DNA of 64,000 nucleotides, taken from contig NC_081379.1 of NCBI RefSeq assembly GCF_030684315.1, positions 13,091,667 to 13,155,666 of the forward strand, read 5' to 3'. Position numbers and translations under genes: made by a program. Source of the stretch: Stegostoma tigrinum. Lineage: Eukaryota. Positions 37,986 through 50,000 of the stretch are shown piece after piece. How positions within the stretch are numbered: the first letter of the stretch is position 1; each line of letters opens with the position of its first letter. The notes under the pieces are model-generated. The model did not search any database. It saw only the letters and a program-made list of their open reading frames with translations, and was not told where the DNA came from.

Positions 37986-38410
37986 AATGAATTTGTCACA
38001 ACAGCAACCAGACCAAAAATGGCCTCACAGGAAGCAGACAGCATCAAAATCATTACTAATATACACTTATTCTTCTGGTTAATAAGAAATGGTGTGAGTA
38101 TTAAGATGGGAAACAAATGTAGTATTCTGCAGGCGCATATATAAGCTAAAGGAAACCACAACCTTCCCGTGCCCCATCAGTTTTGTGATGTCAAACTAAA
38201 GGGCACGTATAAAGGATTGGAAAGTAATGGTAGGATTTAATGTAGAATGTAAGGGGTGAGCCCTGTCGTTCATACCTTGCCATTTACCCAACCATAGTAC
38301 AGACAAGCTTTTTTACTACAAACTGCTATGGCATAATCCTTTCCCTTACTGTGAATCAACCCCATTCACTGATAATGCAAATATTTGCAATAGAAAATAC
38401 AATGTTTATG

Positions 38411-38794
38411 AATAAATGAATTGAAAACTATTATGGGAATCCATTAAAGCTCAAGAGGCTGAATTAAACAATCTCCTACAGCAGCTATACAGGCTCATTT
38501 TCAATGATTCATAACTCTTTTACACCAAAGTAGAAAATAGGCACTGACAGTGCACTATTCAAATAAGAACTCAGCTGATGTGATGCCAAGTGGGAACAAA
38601 CTGGTGCACATGGATTTGTCTTTAACATTGCATAGAGCATCAAACTAACAAGAAGAAGTTTCTACGAGACAGGTAAAACAGCAAGCCATAGTAATCTTTG
38701 CAATAGAAAGATTAGTTTGTATTATCGAGGTTTGTCTGTCATGCTGTACTATGTAGTGGGATTGCTTAATAAACTTGTAACTTTAAACAATAAA
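38411..38794 (+). terminator. Candidate SVOP polyadenylation signals
   Basis: AATAAA at 38411-38416, 38768-38773 and 38789-38794, the last followed by GT-rich tgtgtttgaggttg; usage unknown. Confidence 0.4.
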
Positions 38795-41147
38795 AATGTG
38801 TTTGAGGTTGCGCCTCTTTGTGGAAAACTCAGTTATGTACTGAGAAACTAAATATTTTCAACAGGAAATGTATTTATGTTAACATTTATATGCCACAACT
38901 ATGGCAACCTACTAAACTTCAATGAGCTGGAAGTGCATCAAGTGTATTGCTAAGCAGGTGATATCTTAAATATGAATCTCTTGCTGGAAAGAAAATCAAT
39001 ATCTAAGGTGCCATCTCCTGTTGCTTATGCTAATAGACAGTATCCTGTTCTAAGTGGTCACAGTAAGTCATTTCTTATTGCAAATATTAGACTTGATTAT
39101 TCCTTTTCATTAATCATTAATGAGATTATAAAAGGACCTTCATTGGTAAATGCTGATGGGGTTATAGGGATAGAAGAGGTTAGAATTATGAAGGAGTCAT
39201 CAATGGTTTTTAAGATGTGGTAAAGAATGCTAAATTGGAAATGTTAAAAGAACTGAGTCAACATTGCTCAGCAAGAACAAGAGTGATAAATACGTTGGAG
39301 ATGAACAATGGGCTGCAGTAATTTGGATGAGCTGTAATTTACCGAGGATGGGAAGCCATTCAGGAGAACATTTGTGTGTTTGGATTTAGAGGGGACAAGA
39401 AAATGGATGTAAATTCCAGCAGCAGATGTTCTGAGGCACAGGAAGACATGATGTCACAAAGCAACATTCTGTCAAAGTGGTGTGGCTTGCATGTGGGCAG
39501 ATGCTGCAATGATCTATGATTTGCCATCAATTGTGGCAATCACTTCCACTGGCTGAAGTCATTGCCAGGTACCGGCCTTGAAAGCTTGTCCAGACAGTAA
39601 GAAAATTACAGGATACACTGTTACAGAGGTGAAAGTAGATGGTTCTTCGAGTGAAAGGATCACAAGAACAGTGCAGGACTAAATAACATGCTGACCTTGT
39701 AAACATTGGTTCAATCTGAGGTCGTGTCTAAAAAGGGGATAGAATTTTCAGCAAGAGTACAGAATTGACCTGAAACTGATGTCTTCTGAGAGAACTGATT
39801 AGTGTACCAAGCCCATGGAGTGGTTGAACATTTGGTTAATGCTCTAGTACTGACCTTAGATTCTAGCTAGTTGGAAATGGTCAATTAGCCAGGTTTGGCT
39901 GATGAGCAATTAACCTTTCAGGCACAACTTACAGGAGATCTAACAATGAATAAAAAACTTGCCATGGCAATACAATGTCAATAGTAGTTTTAGCTAGAAT
40001 TGGAAATGCATGGACGCGGTTAAAAAGTTGTCTAATCATACAAGTAACCACTGAAGAAGGAATATAAATAATTTACCTGCATTGGGAGTAAAAAAAAATG
40101 ACGGTAGAAGATAGGGGAAAACAATCAGATTAATTTTGTATAGTACTAGTTAACAATACAACAAACATTTTGTTTACATAGTGTGTGTCTTTCCTAACAG
40201 TTAGATTATTGTGGCAAATTGACTGTATCATGCTGTAAGTTAATAACTGTTGCTGATTCTGAAGCAGTACAGTGATAAACATCAGGTCCTGGATTACTCA
40301 TGAGCATCACCACAAGAGATCTATTAGTTTAAACTATATTAAAAACTCAGAATATTTGGGTGGTGGTTGTAAACTGTTCAACTTTGAGATTCAGGTCAGC
40401 TCTCATATCCTCAATAAATTTTAGCCTAAAACACACTCTTGGTCAAGTTGTCATAAACCATGCCAAATCCTTGGCTGCTACCCAGCCTTCAATTTTCTCT
40501 TGGTCATGTTACTTCATGCATCAACCAACTGAATCGGTCAAATGGATGATACTTGTAACTTGCACTAACAATTGGAACATGCTCCTTGATTAGGCTTCAG
40601 CCTGTTATTCACTCCAAAGAATTATTTTTGCTGATTTAATTGCTAAGGGCACTTATTAACAGTGATACTGCACATTCTTTTCTTAACCATGTTAGCAAGC
40701 TCAAAGTTCATTGTACTGAAACTGTGTAATATTAGTTATAGTACACAAAACAGGACATACAAATTAGTTTTAGTTCTGTTACTAATACCATTGTACAATT
40801 ATGACCAAAACATTTATGCAAATCTATGAAAGTCAAGTGGAAATAGGCACATATCTAGGAAACATTCATTTATTTGCAAATTTCATTCTGTTCAAGTCTA
40901 CAACCTTTGCCAAATATATTCTGGGAAAGGAGGGCAGCTTGGAGCCAATGTCCTTGGTTTCCTTTCTGCTTACTACTAAGCAGGAAGCAATAGAATTTCT
41001 CAAACAAACTCCATTGCATTATTAGAGGGGGCTTGGGTCTCTCTATGCATTGGGGTTAAGGTGAGTTTGTGTTGCAGGTATCACTTTGTTCTTGTTTCAA
41101 ACTGTGTTTGTGAATACCAGTTCTCAAATAATCTGGCTTTCCTGTGA

Positions 41148-41287
41148 TAATGGGGACTGTTATCTTGGATTCTCCAGCATCTGCAAAGTGTGGAGCTGGA
41201 TGAACACAGCAGGCCAAGCAGCATCGCAGGAGCTCCTGAGATGCTGCCTGGCCTGCTGTGTACATCCAGCTCCACACTTTGTTATCT
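41148..41287. mobile_element. Rearranged palindromic Penelope-like insertion
   Basis: Loopless hairpin of about 98 nt at 41184-41281; 14-bp TSD tggctttcctgtga at 41134-41147 and 41288-41301. Confidence 0.8.
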
Positions 41288-43275
41288 TGGCTTTCCTGTG
41301 AGGTCTTTTTATTCCAAACAATAAGAATGTGTTCAACGTAAATTCAAATGTGAACTTCATAGCATATTAATAAATTAATGCTGTGCTTCGATAGTCATTG
41401 TGCACCTACAGATTGGGTTTATCAGGTGAGTACTGTCTCGTGTTTGAATGTATTTTACTTGTTCTCGAAGCATTGAACTGGAGCATTTTACTGTTTACAA
41501 AATATATGCAGTGCTTGCATGACAGCCTGTCACTGGTTAACTTTTTTTTGATTTGATGTAAATAAGCTACTTCATAGCAATGGAACAAAAATATACTTAA
41601 TGATATTAATGTTTGCATTGCAATATCTAAAGATAATTTTATTAAATAAAGATTCTTTTTGTATTTCATTTAGGTTTTATTGAGATCTTTTGTAATAAAT
41701 TTTAAAATTTTTTTACAGGTGAGCAAGTTGAATTAATAAGTTCATTATTCCACATTAATATGTCAACAATATCAATTCACAATTTTTTTTGTTGCTAAGA
41801 ACAATATTATACTACACTATTCTGTTTGGTTGAATCAACTATGTTAAAAAGATTAGTTGCTTTTATCAAATAACTGTCCTGTTAATTCATTCCATATTGC
41901 TAAGGTGATGATGTAATGTCACAGCTTCATTCTTCATTCTTTTAGTTCTCATTGCATGAAGACTGCGCATTTTTTAAGTTTAATATAACAATTGCTATAA
42001 CGCTTTGTGAAAAATCAAAAATACAGTGAATATATTATTTTTGAGTTACATTCACATTAATTTGTCTTATTATTTGTCTTTAGTTCACAAATCAATTCAA
42101 GGTGTCTTCAACACTGAAGTGTTTATTGACTGGACGGATTATGCGCAACCATTGCAGATCCCATTAAAAACACTTTATTCCTACTTGATAAGATTCAGTT
42201 AAATGACAGAGTCATTAGAATTGTACAGCACAGAAAAAGACCTTTCAGTCTAGCTCATCCCTGCCGATCAGATATCCCAAATTGATCTAGTCCCATTTGC
42301 TACGAATCACAGCAAATAAAATTCACAGTAGCACAATTTAAATGCAAAAAATTCTGCAAGATAATTCCGGTTATGGTCACTGCTCCATGTGTAAATTGCA
42401 GATTCTTAAAAAAAATAAATTGATTAACATGATTAAAGAATTTAAATACTAATCTTTCCTCCTATCATTTGTCAGGGTAGTTAATCAGGACAGGCCAAAA
42501 CAAACTGGGATATCCAGACAGCCTAAGTTAGTTATAAAGAGCAGTGCTCTGGTCCACCTATCAAGTCTAAAATGTAGACTAGAAAGAAACAAAAATCACA
42601 ATTTATAAAGAGTTAAAAGAAGGAACAAAATCACATTAATATGAATTTGTACCACTGCATTGTGCCACAGAGTGAGTGGTACATCGATTCCCTACTGCAA
42701 ATTTCTAAAGCTCACCAGCGAGTATCTGCCATGAATCATATGCACATTTCGCAACAATTTAAGTCCCAAATGGGGTCACAATTGGGAAGCACTATGTCAA
42801 TGATTTAAAGCTTATTTGCATAACATTTGGGGATATGATATGCTGAATCCATTGTATTTTATGCTTTAATAATCTGTCTCATTGAACCTTTTATAGGTTG
42901 CAGAACAGGAGTTTCCCTTTCATAAACAGTTGTGAATGGGTTTTTTTTCTGAGTAGCGTTACCCTTGCCATTGTTACCATATAGTTCATTCATTCTGCCC
43001 ATAGTGTATACGTGGCAAATGAGCAGAGAAGGGCAATAGGTTTTCATGAAGTGGATGGGTAGGAACAGTAGTAGGCACTGAGGCTATAAGGGACCAGGAA
43101 GTTGGGTAGCAACATAAGATGGCACCAAATTGAAATGGAGAGGGGACAGAAGGCACGGAACTGGTATTGGTTGAAAAGATTCCCAAATCCAGACTACTAT
43201 TCTTGACACCTCCTCAACAAGCCAGCCCAATTACATGAAAATCGCTGTTGCTAGGAGATGACTATCTTCAAACAG

Positions 43276-43670
43276 GGGAGGCAATGGCCTTGTAGTATGA
43301 TCCTTTGACTATTAGTCCAGAAACTCAGCTAATGTACCAGGGACTTGAGTTCACATTGTACTGCTGCAGATGGTGGAACTGAATTCAATCACTGAATTCA
43401 AGGGAAAAATAGGTGGAATTAAGAATCTACTGATAACCGTGAAAGAACAGCTGATTATTGAAAACTCCATCTGGTTCACTCATGTCATTCAGGGAAGGAA
43501 GTCTTCTATCCTCACCTGGTCTGGCCTACATGTGACTCCTTGCACACAGCAATATGCTTTACTCTCAAGTGCCCCCTGAAATGGCCTAGCAAGTCACTTA
43601 TTTCAAGGGAAGCTAGGAACAGGAAATAAATACTGGCCAGATAGTGTTGCCCACGTTGCACAAATTAATA
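43276..43670 (+). mobile_element. tRNA-derived SINE (second family)
   Basis: Homologous to 59806-60433 (gggaggcaatggccttgtagt...ccatctggttcactcatgtc...cctggtctggcctacatgtgactcc). Confidence 0.85.
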
Positions 43671-43920
43671 ATTAAGAAAAAACAAAATGCGGTGTAAAGA
43701 TTCACCACTCATATCATGATCCTAAGCCAGCTAAATTTGGGAGCACCAACAATGAGGGCAGAATCTGCCTGCCATTTTTAAATGGCTTGGGAAGCTTTTC
43801 AACTCATGAAAATGTGGGTTGACAAGTAAAAGTTTCTTTTTGTTTTGGGGCCATTTATCATCAGCATTTGAAAAAGCGGAAGTGACAGTCTGGCAGAAAG
43901 GTAAGTGTAACTTTGAATCA

Positions 43921-44046
43921 TTACAACTGGGATCTCCAGCTGGGTTTCTTCTCTTGAAGGATCCTTCCAAAGATGTTTGCTACTTCCATGGCACAGCCCC
44001 AGTGAATAGTCAGGCCATAACCCCCATGGCCATAGTTGTGGATCAC
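43921..44046 (-). CDS. DAO: DAO terminal exon ([41 protein letters not shown])
   Basis: cttgcag acceptor; DAO signature HNYGHGGYG; PTS1-like SQL then TAA. Confidence 0.97.
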   Translation of the reverse strand: MIHNYGHGGYGLTIHWGCAMEVANIFGRILQEKKPSWRSQL

Positions 44047-47000
44047 CTGCAAGATCAAGAGACCATGACTGAACTTGAAAATTTTGGTCCTTCTATGCAT
44101 CAAATCAAGACATAATATGATTGGAGATCACTAAATTAGATACCGAAAGAAAAAAAATTGCAAACTGGAAATTTACAATACAACAGAAGATGCATACAGG
44201 TAGTCCTCCTATAACACAATAGTTGCATTCTTGCGTGACCTCGCGCTATAGAAAAATCGCACTGTAGAAAATAGTCATACAAAATCACATTATAGGGAAA
44301 TTGATAGAGAAAAGTCACTATCCTGTATAGGAGAAAGTTTGTATTACCCAAACAGCGTCCACTATTCATCAATCACATTACAGCCAATTCACAGTAACGA
44401 AACATGCGTTATAGCAGAAATACCTGAACATACATTTGACCGTGCATTTAGGCAACACAGGTTAAAATTCTGATGAAGGGTCCCCTCTATTTTCAAGCTT
44501 AATTTGCAGTTCCTTCTTTTAAAGGTTGTAATGGTCCCACTTCACACTTGCACTAATTTGAAATAATGAAATGCACACTGCTATATTATTGTGTTCCTCT
44601 TTGGCAAAACCTAGTCAAAATAATTTCAGCTGTCGGTGCCTACTTGGTACTATTTCAGTGATGTGCTACCAAGAGACAATAATCTTCAGGCACAATCAAA
44701 ATAACTCAAGGTAGTTTGCAGGCATCATTGCCACAGTTTGCTTGTCTGCACCTTAAGAATTTTGGATCACACTAAAGCTCAGAGATAATATTCTGAGACT
44801 AGTGGATGAATTGCATTTGTCTGAAATCAGGAGGAGCATTCAGCTCTGCAAAATAAAAATGTTAGACTATTTTTCCCATTGCAAGCTCTGACTAAAACAG
44901 ATGCGTTGAGGAGTCCATGTCTACAATGAGGAACCTATTTCAATATGAAAGTGAGTCTGCATCCACTTCAGGTAGAGACCAACTCCCCAATTTAGCAGCG
45001 GCTTAAACCACCAGGAAAAATCAAGCATGGGAGTCTGCACTACAAAACATGTTAGTGTGCCTATTTCAGGCCCATAACACAAGTACATGACACCTAACAC
45101 TCCATTCTGTTTTGTGGAAATTCTGGCAAGTATTTGTACATGAAGTAATCTAATTTTACCAGCAGATGGTGATGTTGTGTTTTATTGCAGTGACTCCTGC
45201 TGTGGTAGCCTGTCATTTATCTATGTGATTTAAGCCATAGGCAGCTTTCTGAACAGTCTGCAGGATGACCAAATCTGACGAAATAAAGCAAGGGACACTT
45301 CAATCAGGAGACAGGCAGGAAAAATCCAGTTGAGGCCACAATCAAATTAACCATGATCATCTTGAATGGGCTCAATGGGCTGAAATGCTCCTATTTTTAA
45401 TGATCACCCAGCTGTGTGGGAAGGGGATATTATTTAAATGTAGCACATCCCTCACACCATTCTTCAAAAAATTCTATTTATCTTAATTGTCTTCAACCAG
45501 GCTGTCAGAAAAATTACAAATGTTCTTCTGTGTCAAGAGCCCGCAGGTCAGTCTCTCCGACAAAAGCTAACATCCCTGTTAACTGATATTGACACCAGAT
45601 CTTTCACCACAGCAATACTAACTGGTATTCCCTATTCCAAATAAAAGAACTACAGAATGATTTTAAAATTCATAATCTACTGGTACTCACCCTCTACAAG
45701 GATGTTTCATTCCCAAAGGAAAGTAAGTTCATTTGAATCTTTGTATTGCCATATATGCTGGGGCTCCAGAGGGCTGAATTTTCCCTCTGGGATCAGGAAA
45801 CAGAGATTGAGATTGTTTCCACGTCCTGAAACATCTTCTAGGAGAAACAGTCATTTGTAATTTTGCCTATGGTAGTGAATGGATACTCCATCTAATTAAG
45901 GAAGGTGGATGGGCTCACAAAGCTGGAGGGGTAATTACAGGCCTACCAGCTTGAAACAAGCAGTGTGCTACAATGGTAGTAAGAAAGCGAGGGGCCTCTT
46001 CAAGATGGAGGCAACATCTCTAACATTTTGTATCTTTAAATGGCAATATAGATTTAGCACAAGATGACACTGTGATTGAGCAGTGATGGGTAGGTGGAAT
46101 CCTTCTACAAGGCTTCTCCTGGACTCGGGAGGCAGGGTCTTTTAGGACTAGCTGGAGCATTGGCCTCCTGGCATGTTGCTGGAAGGCTGTGTCCACCTAA
46201 ATTGGGTTCCACCCAATGTAAACTGTGAATTGCAATCTTACTGAGTCTACTCAGCACAGTGCAGGATAACTCTCCGGCCCACAAATACATCTCTGCAAAA
46301 TTATGTCGGAAATGAGGTAAAGCTCACACACAGACTAGCAGGGTTTATTCTTGCTCCCCCCAACTTCTGAATCCAACCTTGACATTCATACTCATTTTTC
46401 AACCTTTCAGAATATTGATCAGGATGAATTTGCAATAGAATGATGAAACTCTCATTCCATCATCAGAATTAAGTAGTGTTGCACCTAACCTACAATAATT
46501 AGGTAAAGTTCCAAGTTAGTTTAACGGGATTGACGGCTGTGTCACATTTCTCTTTATAATAATCAGCTTGTACCACTGTTGCCTCCGAATCAGATGAGTG
46601 CAGCACAAACTCCATTGAAAATGTAACCTAGGCTAATACTTCAGTGCAGCTCTGAGGATGTGCTACCTTTTCAGAGAGGCTTACTTTCAGATAATTGTAC
46701 AGAAATTCCTCAGGTGTTGTGTCAGGTGATATCAGATCAATAGAATATCAGATATTGAGTCCCATTGCAGTCAATAGAATTAAATATCAAGCTCTGAGTA
46801 GAATAAGTAGCTAAATCCTCACTTGTCTATTCAGAGGAAAGAAGAAACTTGCTTTACAGTGTTTTAAGAAAGCAGACACTTTGATCAACACCATTTAAAA
46901 TCAATATTTAATTAGTGATCCCTCGGCCTTTTGTGACCCTTTGCCATAAACATAAATTATCGTGTTTGGAAACAAAATTACAACTCTTAGTGATTCATTG

Positions 47001-50000
47001 TCTTTGAATTGTTTTTGGTGTGTGGCAGAGGGAACGTGTATATTTTTGGGAGTTGTTTATGATGGATGTATTTGTATTTATTTTGTTATATAAATAAAGA
47101 GCTAGGTTTTGCTTATTTCTAATTTTTTGTTACTGTCACAGTGACTGTGCTGGGCAGTGTTTGTTGATTGGATGATTTGGTAGAAATAAAAAGAACTCAG
47201 CTAGTCTTCTTGGGATAGAGAAGCACCACGGGGATTGCAATGCATAGTTTCTCTGATCTATGCCATTTTAATTTGCACCCTTGGTTCCTCCTTTTTGAAT
47301 TTTGTTCCTGTTATATTAGCAACTTGTTCACTGGGCGATTTGTAAATTTAGCAGTGGGGTTTCTTTGATCCATTGCCCCTGGTCATCAGCATTTGTTGTG
47401 TGTCAACTGGGTAATTTTGTAAAATGAAAAGGAGAAAAACAGTGAGGTTTCTTGAATAGGTGGGCAGCAAGAGCTGGGGTGAATAATTTGCTACTCCAAA
47501 GACATTTTGAATTAGTTTCCCCACTCCCTTTGTTTTTCCCCTTTTTGTCTTTGAATTTTATTTCTTCTAACACTGCCTCTGATAAGCAGGACTTGTAAAT
47601 TGGGTGATTTATTACACTGGTGATTCATTTTTTAATCAGAGAGATTAGTTTCTCCCAAATGGGATAGGATGGTGGCAGCAGCTGTAGCTTCTGAATAAAG
47701 GATCGAGAAGGAACAGACAGAAACTGGTGTTTGTAGTAAGATAAAACTCACAATAAAATTTATAATAAAATTCTTGAGAATCTCTGAAAATCTTTTGCTG
47801 CCTAATTCAACCTATGAATATCAATCTGTTAAACAATGAAGGGAGTGAATGTTAAAGGTAATGGATGAGTGCCAAACAAGCAGACTATTCATCTCTGGTC
47901 TCAAGCTTCCTGAATGTAACTGGAAATGCAACCAGCTGGGTAAAAAAAAGAGAGAATTTCTCACACTCCTGGTTGTGCCTTGTAGATGGTGGGGACAAGA
48001 GTTACTCCACGCAGAATTCATGGTGTTGAATACACAGAATTTATATGGCTTGTCCAATTTGGTTAACAGTCATCCCCAGGATGTTGACAGTAGGGGATTC
48101 AGCCATAGTAAAGCCACTGCATGGCACAAGATCATTAGATTCTCTCCAGTTGAAATAGGTCATTTCCTTCCAACAGCAAATTTTACTTGCATCTTATTAG
48201 CCCATGCCTAGATGATGTGCAGGTCTTGCTCATATGGACATGGAGCGCTTCAGTAATGATGAATGGTGCTGAACATTATTCAATTATCAGCCAACATCCT
48301 CAATTCTGCCCTTGTGATGAAGGGTGTTCTTGATCACGCAGCTGAAAATGGTTGGGCCGATTACATTACTCTGATGAATTGCTGTTGTGATGTCCTGGGA
48401 TAAGATTATTTACCTCTGGCAACCAGCAACATTTTCTTTTGTGTTTTGGTATAATGCCAACTAGCAGACAGTTTTATTGATTCCAGTTCTGCTAGGAGTC
48501 CTTGATGCCACACATGGTCAAATTTATGTAAACAGCAGAAATTTATGTAAACAGCAGACACTCTTGCTTCACATCAGAGTTCAACTCTTTTATCCATGTT
48601 TGGGCCACCATTTTTAAAATTTATTCTTTCTGATTTGGTGTCATACCTCAAATTTCTTCGGTCCTGCGTTAAAGATTTGTCGCTCTATTCGAATCCTGTT
48701 CCGGGTAGGTCGAAGTCCAGTCCAGTCTTCAACAATCCTGGCACTCTGCAATAAGTAATTTTCTTAATGAATTAATCGACACTCATACAGATGGCTTCTA
48801 TGTACAGTGGAATAGAACTCTTAGAACCAACCTTCAAACTAGGTACAAGCTTGCAGGCACCTTCCCACACTATGTTGTGGTCTTTGGGGTCATTCTCCTC
48901 ATTCCAATTCCCAAGCTGGAAGATTCCTCCCAAGGTTACTAACTTGCTTCTAAAATTAAAAAAAAAAGCAAAACTGACAGCAAGGCAGTTTTCAAGTTTA
49001 AGGTGTCACTCAACCTTGTTAAATGCCAACAGCTAAAATGTTAGTTCCAGTCCAGCATATATTTTCTAGTCCATGTTTTATGCCACTTCACAAATCACAG
49101 AACTCTGAAAATACTGAATACTTGGTCACCCACATACAAGTTATCTCATCAAGTGCTTGCCAAATTATCACCTTCTCTCGTTTCATTTGATCTCTGCATC
49201 CCTGCCGAATCCTACTTAATAATTAGGTCCTTTTTGAAGTAAATTAATATATAAATAATTAACAACAATCGAAGCAAAAATCAAAATGCAAAGATTTATT
49301 ACTGTTTACTTTTTAAAGTGTCCATTACAGTTCTAAATATCGTTTTTCTAGTTTTTCTAATATTTTTTGGAGCTTGCTCCTTCCTTTGTGAAACAAATCA
49401 GAAGCTGACGAATGCTACCCACCAATATCAATGTGGGGATTTCTCTGTTCTTTAGCATCTATTTTAAAGTTGTAATCTCAATATGCAGTCTTTTTAAATT
49501 CATGCAGTTTGGTGCAGTTTTGTTGCCACATCCTTTTTTAAGAGTTCCTTCCAACATTTTCAATAAGGAAAACACCACATCTACCACCTTGTCAACAGCA
49601 AGAGTTCCTGCTGCTAGGTACTTCTCAAAACTCTTCCAATTTGTTTAGCTTCTCAAACTAAAGGACAGTGCTCAAACTTTACTTCCCTTTTCCAAAGGAA
49701 AAAAAATATAAACTCTTGTACTGGAGAATCCATCAACGAGATTTGCATAAGCAGCATCAGTAAAACAAAAAGGTTTAATATTGCTGGCATCTTCCAATGT
49801 CAGAAATTTAAATATACCATGTTGCAATTTAAATTTTTTTGGAAACGTTTTGTTCACCCGAATATCATCTACATGAGGTTTTTCATAGTTGTACTTAAAT
49901 AAAAAAAACCATAAAACTGTCATCTGGCCTTGTTTGGTTGCTAAAGTAATTCAGCTGCCCAATTAGTTTTTTCAATTCTTACAGATCAATTATGCAAGCC

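Noticed and set aside
44470-44490. ctgatgaagggtccc resembling a hammerhead 5' core
   Set aside because: No closing stem II or GAAA follows, so it is at most a fragment.
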